NCBI GenBank assembly: GCA_964618725.1
Contig: CAZUBK010000001.1
Coordinates: 196,908-260,907 of the forward strand
Reading direction: 5' to 3'
DNA from: an uncultured Pseudomonadales bacterium
Lineage (GTDB): Bacteria; Patescibacteriota; Microgenomatia; UBA1400; Chazhemtobacteraceae
DNA length: 64,000 nt
Within the stretch, counting starts at the first letter, position 1; the number at the start of each line of letters is the position of its first letter. The notes beneath the pieces are model-generated. The model saw only the letters and a list, made by a program, of their open reading frames with translations, was not told the DNA's origin and made no database searches. Positions 9,397 to 19,504 of this stretch are shown piece by piece. A program made the position numbers and the translations under genes.

Positions 9397-9529
9397 GCTA
9401 GGGTAATTGTTTGGTTACATCTTACTTAATAATGGCTAATGCGAATACCTATTAGATTTTATCACTATCCAATATTTAGAGTTCATGTATAATATGAGAT
9501 ATCTGTTTAACTGCAGGAGGTTCTTTTAC

Positions 9530-10813
9530 ATGGTAAGTAAGCTAACAAAGAGACCCAAGAAAAACAATATTTCAGATCAACCTATTGGACTATATGTCTT
9601 TAGCCAATTAGGTACGGTTAAAGAGAAACTGAGAGTAAAAGATGACGGGCAAGCTGTTGCCTTTCAAATAAATAACTCCAGTATTCAAGCTGATATGCTC
9701 TGTGTAATTGATGCATATGGCTTCGAAACACGAATTCTCAACCTAAGAGTGAAAAATTTAGAATCCCTCCCTCTCCTCGACAATCTTTTAAAATATGACA
9801 AAGTCGCTAGCTGGGTTGGTGAAATCCAGATTGAAGTAAAGTTTTTCGCTCTTGAGGAAACAATGTTAACGGCTAAGATTAAACGAGATACTGACTTGTA
9901 CACCAAGAGAGACAATATCTATTCTCATTCTGAACCTGAACTAATTAATGCTATCAAGGAGGTAGTTTCTGTTTGTTCAGAGATTAGAGGCACATCGATA
10001 CAATACGTGTCCAATCAAACAAAAATAACCGCTACTTTATCGCCGTTGGATATGTTGCTTAAATCACTAGACGAACGAGACTCAATAAGTTTATCCTGGG
10101 CAGAAAAAAGTTTAATAGAACAACTAGAAATGTTAAGACGCGTTGGTGCTTTCACAGCTTTTTCAGCGATTGCTCAGTTTTTTGGTGGTTATCAAGAATT
10201 AGCGTTAGTCGAGGTAGAAAATAGACAGGATGTTTTTTCTGATGACTATTATGACGATATGCGTTCACTTGTGTTTTATTCTCTTACTGATAAAGTCGGT
10301 ATGTCTGCTGCCTGGTTATCTGAGGCTATTAAGTTGATCTCTAATTGGCATTACTCCCAAGGACCCTCGAGATCAGATAACCATCTCCCCTTATATGCAA
10401 CGTCACACCTAGAAATTCGGCTAAGGCATAAATTTGATAGTAATGAGATCTTGATGATAAATTCAGAATTAGGGCGACAGCTTACATATAGCACTCAGAT
10501 CGGGTTTTATCATCCCGATGAAAGCCACCATTTTAAGGGACATTGGTATACAGAGGTCCGCAATTTGGGTAGTCACGGAATCAATGTCTTTCGGAAAGAG
10601 CCAATTATCCGCACAGTAAAAAAATGGACTGGAAAGAAAACAGATCAGATTGTTAGCTATAAACTAATTCTTGCCGAAGAAGAAGCTGCGAAGAACTTAC
10701 CGGAACTAGTGAAGATTATTTCTCTAATTATTCCTCCCCTTCAAGCAAGACACTTTACTGAAATGCTCAAATCAGTAGTTGTTGATGAATTGAGATTTCC
10801 TTTTGATATTTGA
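9530..10813 (+). CDS. Hypothetical protein (427 aa), no recognisable motif
   Basis: Long ORF; TATAAT at 9488-9493 and AGGAGG at 9515-9520 support ATG 9530. Confidence 0.7.
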   Translation: MVSKLTKRPKKNNISDQPIGLYVFSQLGTVKEKLRVKDDGQAVAFQINNSSIQADMLCVIDAYGFETRILNLRVKNLESLPLLDNLLKYDKVASWVGEIQIEVKFFALEETMLTAKIKRDTDLYTKRDNIYSHSEPELINAIKEVVSVCSEIRGTSIQYVSNQTKITATLSPLDMLLKSLDERDSISLSWAEKSLIEQLEMLRRVGAFTAFSAIAQFFGGYQELALVEVENRQDVFSDDYYDDMRSLVFYSLTDKVGMSAAWLSEAIKLISNWHYSQGPSRSDNHLPLYATSHLEIRLRHKFDSNEILMINSELGRQLTYSTQIGFYHPDESHHFKGHWYTEVRNLGSHGINVFRKEPIIRTVKKWTGKKTDQIVSYKLILAEEEAAKNLPELVKIISLIIPPLQARHFTEMLKSVVVDELRFPFDI

Positions 10814-10820
10814 TGTATTT

Positions 10821-10848
10821 ATATAGACCACCTAACAGTGGTCTATAT
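10821..10848. terminator. Perfect 11-bp hairpin between convergent genes (possible terminator)
   Basis: ATATAGACCAC-ctaaca-GTGGTCTATAT; no good U-tract. Confidence 0.55.
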
Positions 10849-11889
10849 TGCTGTCGTAGCGATTTGACCAAGTACCTTGACCAGACTGGAAACACTTCCT
10901 GAAGAGAAGCTAAAACCGTTGACTCCTTCTTTTATCAAATCGGGTGCACAACCACATTTATTACTGACAACTACTTTTAATCCACTATGCAAAGCTTCGT
11001 TAACTACCAAGCCCCAGACTTCTTCAGTTGAGGGAAGTACGAGAACGTCACAAGACACATAAACTGGCGGAGTATCGTATTGATCTATGTGACCCAGGAA
11101 AATGACTTTGTTTAACTTCTTTCTAGCAACAAAATCTTTAACCTGCTCCTCCAACTGACCGTAACCGACAATAACAAGTCCCCAATCAGGGTGCGATTTG
11201 TAAAAATGCTGATAGGCTTTAAGTAGGGTGAAGATACCTTTGCGTTCGATCAGCTGACCAACAAAAAGAAGGTTAAATTTAGCAGTAATGTGAAACTGTT
11301 TTTTGAGCAAACGGCGCTTTGGGCGCAGCGTGTTTGCCTTAGTCTCAAAATAGTGACGACTAACGTCGTTTTGAAAAATTTCTATCTGTTTGGGCCTAGC
11401 GCCAAGTGAAATCAAATATTCCTTGGCTCTTGTGCCATAGGCGATGAAGTCGGTTGAGAGATGCACAAAGAGCTTGACCAGAGGCAGGGTGAGACTGCGC
11501 CGCCAACTGTCCTCATTGGCTGTACTGCCACTCCAGAGGGTGAGATGTTTTTTGCGCCAGGCTCCCCAAAAGAATGCTGCTTGATAAGCGAAAAGATCCC
11601 ATCCAGTGATGATAAGACGATCGGGATTATTTTTTTTTAGGATTTTGAAAATGGAAGGATTGATGAAATAGGTAAAGAGGTCTTTGCCTTTGAGTTTGAC
11701 CTGAAAGCTTGGAAGGACTTGATAATCAAAGTTTATTTTTTCTTGTTGAGTCCAACGTCGATTAGATTCAGTGCTGGCGCAAAATATGACCTTGGTTTTA
11801 CCTAAGTCCTTTTTGTGTTGTTTGATATATAAATTAAGCCGAGCGATTGTGTTATTGGAAAGGATGTTGATAAGAATCAGTGTCTTCAT
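10843..11889 (-). CDS. Glycosyltransferase family 4
   Basis: LFVGQLIERKG, VLPSTEEVWGLVVNEAL (E-x7-E), EGVNG. Confidence 0.9.
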   Translation of the reverse strand: MKTLILINILSNNTIARLNLYIKQHKKDLGKTKVIFCASTESNRRWTQQEKINFDYQVLPSFQVKLKGKDLFTYFINPSIFKILKKNNPDRLIITGWDLFAYQAAFFWGAWRKKHLTLWSGSTANEDSWRRSLTLPLVKLFVHLSTDFIAYGTRAKEYLISLGARPKQIEIFQNDVSRHYFETKANTLRPKRRLLKKQFHITAKFNLLFVGQLIERKGIFTLLKAYQHFYKSHPDWGLVIVGYGQLEEQVKDFVARKKLNKVIFLGHIDQYDTPPVYVSCDVLVLPSTEEVWGLVVNEALHSGLKVVVSNKCGCAPDLIKEGVNGFSFSSGSVSSLVKVLGQIATTAI

Positions 11890-11895
11890 TGGAGC

Positions 11896-13323
11896 TTAAT
11901 GTGACTCGATAAAAGAATCGATCGTGTCACACACATATTCTATCTGCTTAGCAGTAATGCCGGGATGTAATCCTATCCAGATGGCATTTTGCAAAAGGTG
12001 GTTCGAGTTGGAGAGACTACCTATTTGGCGATGTTTGATATCTTGATATGCTGGCTGATGAAGCAGATTGCCGCCAAAAATTCGTCGAGTAGCAACTTTG
12101 TGGGTTTCTAGATGATTGATCAGATCGGTCGAATTGAAATGCTGATCGGGTCGAAGATTCAGAACATAGCCAAAAGGAGAGGGATTGATATTGGTGGGGA
12201 CCTTAATGGGGAAAAAGAGATGGTCGTATTTTTCTAAACGTTGACGGAAGATGGCATAGTTTCTCCTTCTTGTAACTATGAAATTGGCGACCTTATCTAT
12301 TTGAGCTAGCCCTATGGCTGATTGCATTTCGGTGAGTCTCATATTGTAGCCAATTTCGGAGTAGATGTATTTATGATCGTAACCTAGTGGCATTTTGCCA
12401 AGTTGCCAAGCAAAACGCTTCTGACAGGTATTGTCGTCTCCTGGCTTGCACCAACAGTCTCGTCCCCAATCGCGGAAGGTGTTAATTGTACGATAGAGAA
12501 GTGCATTGTTAGTGAAAATGACGCCTCCCTCACCAGTAGTAATCTGATGAGCAGGAAAGAAACTGACAGTACTAATATCGCCGAAAGAGGTGATGGGTTT
12601 GTTGTCGATGGTTGCTCCCAGAGCATCACAGGAATCTTCGATGAACCAGAGGTTATGTTTTTTGGCAAGGTTACGAATTTTATCGGCTTGAAATGGGAAA
12701 CCAAGGGTATGAGCGAGCATAATGGCTTTTGTCTTTGGCGTAATCGCCTCTTCGATTGATTTCGGAGAGACGTTTAGAGTATGAACATCGACGTCAACAA
12801 AAACGGGGACTGCCCTATTTTGAATAATGGGATTGACAGTGGTAGGGAAGCCGCAGGCGGCAGTGATTACTTCATCTCCCGGCTTGATTTGTCGCTCTTG
12901 GAGCTTTTTTGAAGTGAGAGCGCTGAAGGCTAAGAGATTGGCGCTAGATCCCGAGACAGTTAAAGAGACAAATTGGTTACCTGTAAATTGGCGAAGTTTC
13001 TGAGAAAATTGAGCGGTCTTAACTCCTTCCGTAAGCCAGAAATCCAGGGCGACATCAGCCATGTTAATCATCTCCTGCTCGTCGTAGGTTGCCCCTGAGG
13101 CTTTAATGTAAGTCATACCAGGAGTGAACTGGGTATTGGCGTGATAATCAGAATGAAATTTTTTAACAAGATCAAAAATCCTTTTCTTATCTTTGTTTTT
13201 CTGATGGTTAAGATTTAGGGCAGTAGGCTCTTGAGTGCTGACAGTGACAACAAAAAACTCTAACAGCAGATGTAGGAGGAAATAGAAAGGTTTACCTAGA
13301 TAAATTAATAGCCGAGCGAACAT
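11896..13323 (-). CDS. rfbH: CDP-4-keto-6-deoxy-glucose 3-dehydratase (DdhC/RfbH, PMP and Fe-S dependent) with a hydrophobic N-terminal extension
   Basis: SGSSANLLA, GFPTTVNP, SFFPAHQITTGEGG (His in place of Lys), exact C-x57-C-x-C-x7-C cysteine spacing, YDHKYIYS. Confidence 0.9.
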   Translation of the reverse strand: MFARLLIYLGKPFYFLLHLLLEFFVVTVSTQEPTALNLNHQKNKDKKRIFDLVKKFHSDYHANTQFTPGMTYIKASGATYDEQEMINMADVALDFWLTEGVKTAQFSQKLRQFTGNQFVSLTVSGSSANLLAFSALTSKKLQERQIKPGDEVITAACGFPTTVNPIIQNRAVPVFVDVDVHTLNVSPKSIEEAITPKTKAIMLAHTLGFPFQADKIRNLAKKHNLWFIEDSCDALGATIDNKPITSFGDISTVSFFPAHQITTGEGGVIFTNNALLYRTINTFRDWGRDCWCKPGDDNTCQKRFAWQLGKMPLGYDHKYIYSEIGYNMRLTEMQSAIGLAQIDKVANFIVTRRRNYAIFRQRLEKYDHLFFPIKVPTNINPSPFGYVLNLRPDQHFNSTDLINHLETHKVATRRIFGGNLLHQPAYQDIKHRQIGSLSNSNHLLQNAIWIGLHPGITAKQIEYVCDTIDSFIESH

Positions 13324-13367
13324 AGATTCTTAGTCTTTTGAGATTTGAAGGGCATTGTAACACGCTC

Positions 13368-14327
13368 CTAAAGTGAGCGAGGAGAAGTCTGGATGGTGTA
13401 GAGTTTCTTGTTCGTTCTGAACCAATCAACCGTTTCTTCCAAGCTTTGATCTAGAGAAGAAACGGGTGACCAACCGAGAAGTTTCTTGGCAAGTGATACA
13501 TCTGCCCAACATTGAGAGTCGTTGATCGGAGCGAATTGGTCAGTGACTTGAGGTAAAACTTTCGGATTAATTATTTTGACCAGTTTGTTAACAAGGTCGC
13601 CCACTCTGGTTGGTTGACCACTTCCTATGTTAATGACTTCACCTTGTTTTAGGGCAATAGAACTGGCTCTAAGATATGCGGTAACCACATCGGCTAAATA
13701 AACAAAGTCACGTACTGGTGATGAAGAAATAGTGAATGACTTGTCGTTCAGAAAAGAAAAGATAGTTCTAGAAACTAAACGACGCACGTCTTCGTAAGGC
13801 CCGAAAGTGGTAAATAGTCTAAGAGTGCAGACGGGAAGCTGATAGTCCTTAGCAAACTCGCAAGCAAGATGAGTGGATTTTATTTTGGCAGTGTCATAGG
13901 GATTGCGAGGTGTCCCAAGAATTGATTCGATACGGCAGCCCGGCAGATCTGCGTATTCGTAGACACTACCAGTATTTACAAAAGAAGTTAGATCAACATT
14001 AAGAGCTGCCTTGAGGAGATTTTCCGTACCCAGTACGTTAGATCTAAGGATGAGATCTTTATCATCTTGGTCTCGGTAGACACCATAGGTGGCGAGATTG
14101 AATATATGATTTGGGTTGATCTCTTTAATGGTTTTCTGCAGAGAAGTAAGATCGGTCAGGTCGCCCTGAACGAGATGGTGCCGACTACTATGTTTGGGTA
14201 AACGCCAGATATTTGACTCAGGACGAATAAGAGAAGATACATCAAGACCTCTGCTAACTAGCTCTCGAACGATCGCGGATCCGATGAAACCGGTCGCCCC
14301 TGCAATAAGATACTTCTCTCTTTTCAT
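13368..14327 (-). CDS. NAD-dependent epimerase/reductase (CDP-paratose/abequose synthase-like)
   Basis: GATGFIG, NTGSVYEY, YDTAK, RLFTTFGP, RDFVY; adjacent to rfbH. Confidence 0.75.
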   Translation of the reverse strand: MKREKYLIAGATGFIGSAIVRELVSRGLDVSSLIRPESNIWRLPKHSSRHHLVQGDLTDLTSLQKTIKEINPNHIFNLATYGVYRDQDDKDLILRSNVLGTENLLKAALNVDLTSFVNTGSVYEYADLPGCRIESILGTPRNPYDTAKIKSTHLACEFAKDYQLPVCTLRLFTTFGPYEDVRRLVSRTIFSFLNDKSFTISSSPVRDFVYLADVVTAYLRASSIALKQGEVINIGSGQPTRVGDLVNKLVKIINPKVLPQVTDQFAPINDSQCWADVSLAKKLLGWSPVSSLDQSLEETVDWFRTNKKLYTIQTSPRSL

Positions 14328-15244
14328 TTAAACCAGTGATTTACTATTTGTTTGATTTTGCCGATTTGAGCTCTAGTTTGATAATAAGGGACGGAAACGG
14401 CCTTGTTTTTGACTAATGCTTCTTTTCTCTCATATACTTTGTGACGACGACGTAGTGCCATGGATTTCTTGTGATTGAAACCGAGTTTTATTAAATGGTC
14501 GACAAAGAAGCGGTTAAAGTCCTGCCAAATGTTATTAGGCCAAGCTCGATGATTGCTAGCTAGATACTGGACCTGGGGCTCGGCCAGGAAATAGATAAAG
14601 GGATATTTTTTGATTACGCTAGCAAGAACAAAAATGTGAATAAAATTGTGACCAATGAAACTGGTATTGTCGACAACTGCCTCTCTCCAATAGTCACGGC
14701 GAAAGATATCTGTCGACATTGTAAGAGCATTAACTCCAAGTGACTTGAAATAAGATTTCTTGGACTCGGTTGGATAAAAAAAGAACTGATCGGCACTGAC
14801 AAATAGTTTGCTCTTTTTCAAATCGACCATTCGGTCAGCGGTCTTTGTTTGCAGTAAATGATCAAAACGGCTGTAGTTAACATTGATCAAGCTTAGTTTT
14901 GGCTGCTTATGAACTAGATCAAGAACAGATTTAATGGCTCCAGGGATGAGCTCATCGTCATTGCTTAGTAACCAACAATATTTACCGTTTGCTTGGTTAA
15001 TTACATGAAGGACATTCTTGTCAAAGCCAAGGTTCTTTTGGTTAATCTGAAAGTTAAGTTTGAGTTTTGGGAATTCCTTTTTTGTCGTATTAATACTTTC
15101 TAGAATATTTTCAGTGGAACAGTCATCGGTGATGACGACTTCTATTTTATTCGTTGCCTGTTTACCGATGCTGCGGAGATTATTCAATAAGAGCTCTGCT
15201 CGATTGTAGTTAGGGATGCAGATGCTCAGAACCGGCTTAGTCAT
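14324..15244 (-). CDS. Glycosyltransferase family 2 (dideoxyhexosyltransferase RfbV-like)
   Basis: LSICIPNYNR, DDCSTE, NLGFDKN, YCWLLSNDD. Confidence 0.8.
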   Translation of the reverse strand: MTKPVLSICIPNYNRAELLLNNLRSIGKQATNKIEVVITDDCSTENILESINTTKKEFPKLKLNFQINQKNLGFDKNVLHVINQANGKYCWLLSNDDELIPGAIKSVLDLVHKQPKLSLINVNYSRFDHLLQTKTADRMVDLKKSKLFVSADQFFFYPTESKKSYFKSLGVNALTMSTDIFRRDYWREAVVDNTSFIGHNFIHIFVLASVIKKYPFIYFLAEPQVQYLASNHRAWPNNIWQDFNRFFVDHLIKLGFNHKKSMALRRRHKVYERKEALVKNKAVSVPYYQTRAQIGKIKQIVNHWFK

Positions 15245-15254
15245 GGTCTATATC

Positions 15255-15881
15255 TTACACGATTAACTTTGTCAGTCTTTTGACTAGTTTGGCAGGGTTA
15301 CCAAATAATAGGCTATTGAAGGCAAAAGATTGAAACACTACGCTCCCTGCTCCAATAAGGCAATTGTTGCCAAGAACCACCCCTTTCAGAATTTGGGAGT
15401 TCATACCTATAAAGACATTGCGGCCAATTCTAACCGGCGAAGTCTTGATATTGCTTTGTGAGTAACGACGGTTTCCTGTTTTAGTTGGGTGAAAATCGGT
15501 GTCAATGATGCTTGAGTTGGCACCAATTAAAGTATTGGCGCCTATATCGATTCGTTTGGCGGCACAAATAATACCACCAGTGATACCGACATCTTTGCCG
15601 ATGTTAATCACAGCATCGGTTTTCCAAGTCGTAAGAATAAGTGGATGATTGACTCCTAGAGGGTTGGAATAGGTCCAACTCCTGACCTCAACACGATCGC
15701 CAATAATGATGCGGCTATTGCGATGGCGAATGATTTTAGGAAAGCCATACCATTTGGTTCCCTGACCCACTTCTACTCCATTAAGCTTTAGATACAGCAT
15801 CACGAATGGGTGATAAACGATTCTCCATAGCTCATACCAGGCTTTCCAAGGGGTATCTAGGATCAGATTGAGATGAGACAT
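15255..15881 (-). CDS. Left-handed beta-helix O-acyltransferase
   Basis: Hexapeptide repeats, IIDTDFH, VFIGMNSQILKGV, IGAGSVV, GNPAK. Confidence 0.88.
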   Translation of the reverse strand: MSHLNLILDTPWKAWYELWRIVYHPFVMLYLKLNGVEVGQGTKWYGFPKIIRHRNSRIIIGDRVEVRSWTYSNPLGVNHPLILTTWKTDAVINIGKDVGITGGIICAAKRIDIGANTLIGANSSIIDTDFHPTKTGNRRYSQSNIKTSPVRIGRNVFIGMNSQILKGVVLGNNCLIGAGSVVFQSFAFNSLLFGNPAKLVKRLTKLIV

Positions 15882-15882
15882 A

Positions 15883-17619
15883 TTATTGTTCTAGGTAATA
15901 AAGATTTTTCCCTATTGATTGTGCCTGGCATACAAGTGGCTCCTCGGCACAAGTTTTGGTTGTGGCGAACCAGAAAGAAGACTGTGGGGTGGGAGCAGAG
16001 GCATACGTACAATTAATGTTAAAGATGGCCATAAATTGCTCATTCGTACTGGCATGCCAAATGCCTTGGTCAAGAATGTAAAGTGTGTGGGGACCGGTAT
16101 CGGCACAGAAGGCAATGATATCTTGATTCTGAGGATGTCTATCTTTGATCCAATCATAAATATTGGTTTTTCCCCTGGCGTAGGCTATCTCCTGGGGCGA
16201 AAGGTAATGCCAGATACTGTAAGTGGTCTTCATGCCTGAAATGAAGTAAAAGAGGGCAAAGAATGAGACAAGAAGGGTATACCAGCTGAGTCTAGTCGCC
16301 GGTAGAACGATTAAGAGAGTAAACAAGATCTGTAAGTAGAAGAAGTAGCGAGGCAAGAAACCTGAATAAAAACGAAGTAGGAATAATTCCAAGGTAATAC
16401 CTACTAAAAGAAAGATTGCAAAGTAGCGTTGTTTTTTGTTACCGAACCTAAATATCAAGCCGACAGAGGCGATCCAAAGGACAGATATGGGCAGTTTGAT
16501 GGTAATTTGATTGATAATGGTAGGGAGACTTCGAAGTGTGACCGGAACAGTCCAGCCGTCAAAGAAGGTTTCTGTGGCGGCACAAAAAGCCAGTTTACAG
16601 GGGAAGAAAAAGGGGTAGACAGGGTTACCGGTGAAGTAAAAGTTGTTTAGATACCAATATCCACCAGAAATAAATAGAATTGCAAATAACAAGATCATGT
16701 TCCTTGCTTTAAACACTTCCAGTAAAATCGCCTGATTCTTTTTGTAAAAGAGAAATCCAAGCGTAATGAGTCCGTAGGTGAGTAGGACAGAGAGTCCGGT
16801 GAATTTCGTTGAGATAGAAAGACCTAAAAAGAAGACAGCGGTTAACAGGATAGAAGACTTCTTGTTTTGATAAAAGTCAAAGAGACTGACAATTCCTAAG
16901 GCAATGAAGGATGCGAGAGAGTAATCAGTATAGCCTGACGCTCCTATGATCAGGAGATCCTTCATCAAGTAAAGATAAATGACAACAAATAGATTGGCTG
17001 ACCAGTGACCAAAGTGATACTTAGTGACTGCATAGATACTGGAGATGCTTGTCAGAAAGATAAGGAAGTGGAGGAGACGAGCCGGCGAGTAAGATCTGGC
17101 TAAAGAAAAAACTAGGGCAAGGAAGGTTTCAATAAATCGGGGAACATAGGTATAGATTTCTGAGTTACTACCAAAGCCCCAGGTGTTCTGATTGAGTAGT
17201 TGGAATGGAGAAATAAAGTGATAACGGACTTCGTCGGTAAGATAAGGGGGGAGAGAACTTTTGACAAACAAGGCAGGGAAAAGAGTAAGTATGGTTAAGG
17301 TAAGAAATGGATTTTTTAGGTAAAAAGAAAAGAGACTTTGATAATCTTTGTTTTTCAGATAGCTTGCTAAGCAGATCAAAGCAGGGAGGGTCAAACTTAA
17401 GGCGACGTATATCGGCTTGAAAGGTAAAAAGAAATGAAGGAGGTACCAAATAAAAACAATAGGAGCCAGACTATATAACCAGTAAACTGGACGATAGAGA
17501 CTACTTGATTTAAAAAGATGCCGATTAATGTAACTTCCAACGATATCTAGAGATAGGAAGATAAGAACGGTGATGAGGAGTAGAAGGGGGGTTAATGGCT
17601 TGAAATAATCAATTAGCAT
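15883..17619 (-). CDS. Polytopic membrane protein, GT-C-like glycosyltransferase
   Basis: Many TM segments; DEVRYH loop, GYTD, STKFTG, WYLNNFYFTGNPVYPF; paralogue of 17609..19504. Confidence 0.7.
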   Translation of the reverse strand: MLIDYFKPLTPLLLLITVLIFLSLDIVGSYINRHLFKSSSLYRPVYWLYSLAPIVFIWYLLHFFLPFKPIYVALSLTLPALICLASYLKNKDYQSLFSFYLKNPFLTLTILTLFPALFVKSSLPPYLTDEVRYHFISPFQLLNQNTWGFGSNSEIYTYVPRFIETFLALVFSLARSYSPARLLHFLIFLTSISSIYAVTKYHFGHWSANLFVVIYLYLMKDLLIIGASGYTDYSLASFIALGIVSLFDFYQNKKSSILLTAVFFLGLSISTKFTGLSVLLTYGLITLGFLFYKKNQAILLEVFKARNMILLFAILFISGGYWYLNNFYFTGNPVYPFFFPCKLAFCAATETFFDGWTVPVTLRSLPTIINQITIKLPISVLWIASVGLIFRFGNKKQRYFAIFLLVGITLELFLLRFYSGFLPRYFFYLQILFTLLIVLPATRLSWYTLLVSFFALFYFISGMKTTYSIWHYLSPQEIAYARGKTNIYDWIKDRHPQNQDIIAFCADTGPHTLYILDQGIWHASTNEQFMAIFNINCTYASAPTPQSSFWFATTKTCAEEPLVCQAQSIGKNLYYLEQ

Positions 17620-19504
17620 TTGAGAGTGATACTTTTTCCCAATCGAAAATGTAAAGACCAGGAATTTCGGTTGGCTGAGAATTGCAGACTATCTTATTGT
17701 TTATGTATCTTAGATTAAGGGCGGAATCGGTTTCGGTTGGATGCCACTTTTCAAGTGGTGTAGTGCGACAGGGATTGAGTGAGACTAGATTGAATTTCTG
17801 CTTATCACTAATGAGTTGCTTGAGAGCCAGTTCTGGATCTCCTATCGTTGTAGGGGTTGGAACAATGGCACACTTATTAAGGAAGGCATTAAAGCGACCT
17901 TCGTAGCGATACCAGGTAATATCAGGATCATAAAAAGTGATGGGAATCTCACCTTTTATCTTTGTTCGGTCACACCAGCGGATTAGGTTAGTAGTTTCAG
18001 GAAAAATAAAGGCAGTCCAATCGTAGACGTTTTCTTTACCTAAGGCATAATTAATCTCGTGGGGATTAAGCATGTCGAAGCTGTAGGTCCGAAAAGTTGA
18101 AAGAGGAACTTGTTTAAGTAAGAAGGCAATCAAAGCAAGGATCAGAAGAAGACGAATTGGCACAATCTTTTGGGAGACAAACTGATTCTTGCCAAGAATA
18201 ATGGAAACAAGCAAAAAACAAAGAGTTTGAAGATAAATAAAGTAGCGGGGGAGATATCCGGAAAGATACTTAATGACAACAAAATCAAAGATAATGGCGA
18301 GAACAATGAACCAGGGAACAAATTTAGATTTACTCTTCAATTGAGTGATGAGAAAAAGACTGGCTCCTAAAGCGACTGCCATAGATTTACTGCCGGAGAG
18401 GATGTAATAAATTATCATGGGAAGAGTTTGTAGGTCGACAGGGTAAGTCCAGCCAGAGCCAAAGTAGCTCTTCATAGCCAAGCAAGTGGAGGCAAAGCGG
18501 AAACAAGGAAGGACAAATGGAAAAATGGGGTTACCAGTGTAAAGAAGATTTTTGAGATACCAAAAGCCTCCTAGAACAATAAAGATAGTGAGCGAAGTAA
18601 AGACCTGTTGTCTCAGTGTAGATATTAGGCGCCGAGTGAATAAAAGATAAAGACCAGTTAGTGAAGCGTAAGTTAAAAAGGGAATGAGCGAGTTATAGCG
18701 AGTCCCCAAGGCCAGAGCCCAGAAGGCAACTGGCAGGCTAAGGTCTACCTTTTTCTTAAGCAAATCGATGGTGGCAAGAATTCCTAAGAAAACGAATGAA
18801 TTAGAACCGATGTCGACGTATCCTGAAGTGGCCTGAGGAAGTAGATCACCAGGGATATAGAAACTCACCAAAATAAAGACTCCGGCGGAAAGTAGGCCGT
18901 AGTTTTTCTTGATCCAAGTATAGGAAAAATACATTGCAGAGAAAAAGATAAAGAAATGAAACAAACGAGCAATTGAATAGGTTTGCGTCAAACTGAACAC
19001 TAGAGAATACATCGTGTCAAGATTTTTGGGAATATTTTCGTAGAAACCGTCGTTTAGAGTGCGAGTCGTCAGATGGTTATAGCCCCAGGGAGAGGTGTAG
19101 TGATAACTGAGCTCATCCCACTGGTAGGAAGGTAACGAGGCCTTAACAAAAATGGCTGGTAAAAGGGGAAGAATAAGGATTAGGGGAACGGCCAGGCCTC
19201 GCAAGGCAGAAGTGACTTGATGCATCTTAAAGCTCCTTGTATGTGGCGGGAGAAAAACAATAGAGAAGCCTAATAATGAGAGTGTGACATTTCTGGTGTT
19301 AGGAACAACAAAGAAGCTGAGCAAAAACCAGAAGAAGATAAAAGTGGTCATGCCAAATATCCAATAGAGCGGACGATAGTTTTTAGGAGACTTCAGGAGT
19401 CGATTGTTAAAGGCAACACCAATAGAATCGAAGAGGACAAACAAAAAAACAAATATTGCTAAATTCTTTAGGTTAAGTGGGGAGTAGAAATCATTGATAC
19501 TCAT
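17609..19504 (-). CDS. Polytopic membrane protein, GT-C-like glycosyltransferase
   Basis: WDELSYH, GYVD, WYLKNLLYTGNPIFPF; tandem paralogue. Confidence 0.7.
   Translation of the reverse strand: MSINDFYSPLNLKNLAIFVFLFVLFDSIGVAFNNRLLKSPKNYRPLYWIFGMTTFIFFWFLLSFFVVPNTRNVTLSLLGFSIVFLPPHTRSFKMHQVTSALRGLAVPLILILPLLPAIFVKASLPSYQWDELSYHYTSPWGYNHLTTRTLNDGFYENIPKNLDTMYSLVFSLTQTYSIARLFHFFIFFSAMYFSYTWIKKNYGLLSAGVFILVSFYIPGDLLPQATSGYVDIGSNSFVFLGILATIDLLKKKVDLSLPVAFWALALGTRYNSLIPFLTYASLTGLYLLFTRRLISTLRQQVFTSLTIFIVLGGFWYLKNLLYTGNPIFPFVLPCFRFASTCLAMKSYFGSGWTYPVDLQTLPMIIYYILSGSKSMAVALGASLFLITQLKSKSKFVPWFIVLAIIFDFVVIKYLSGYLPRYFIYLQTLCFLLVSIILGKNQFVSQKIVPIRLLLILALIAFLLKQVPLSTFRTYSFDMLNPHEINYALGKENVYDWTAFIFPETTNLIRWCDRTKIKGEIPITFYDPDITWYRYEGRFNAFLNKCAIVPTPTTIGDPELALKQLISDKQKFNLVSLNPCRTTPLEKWHPTETDSALNLRYINNKIVCNSQPTEIPGLYIFDWEKVSLSNAN

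Noticed and set aside
11896-13323. Colitose pathway (ColD with Gmd and an Fcl-like ColC)
   Set aside because: The enzyme has the Fe-S cysteine motif of DdhC, which ColD lacks, and it lies about 29 kb from gmd/fcl.
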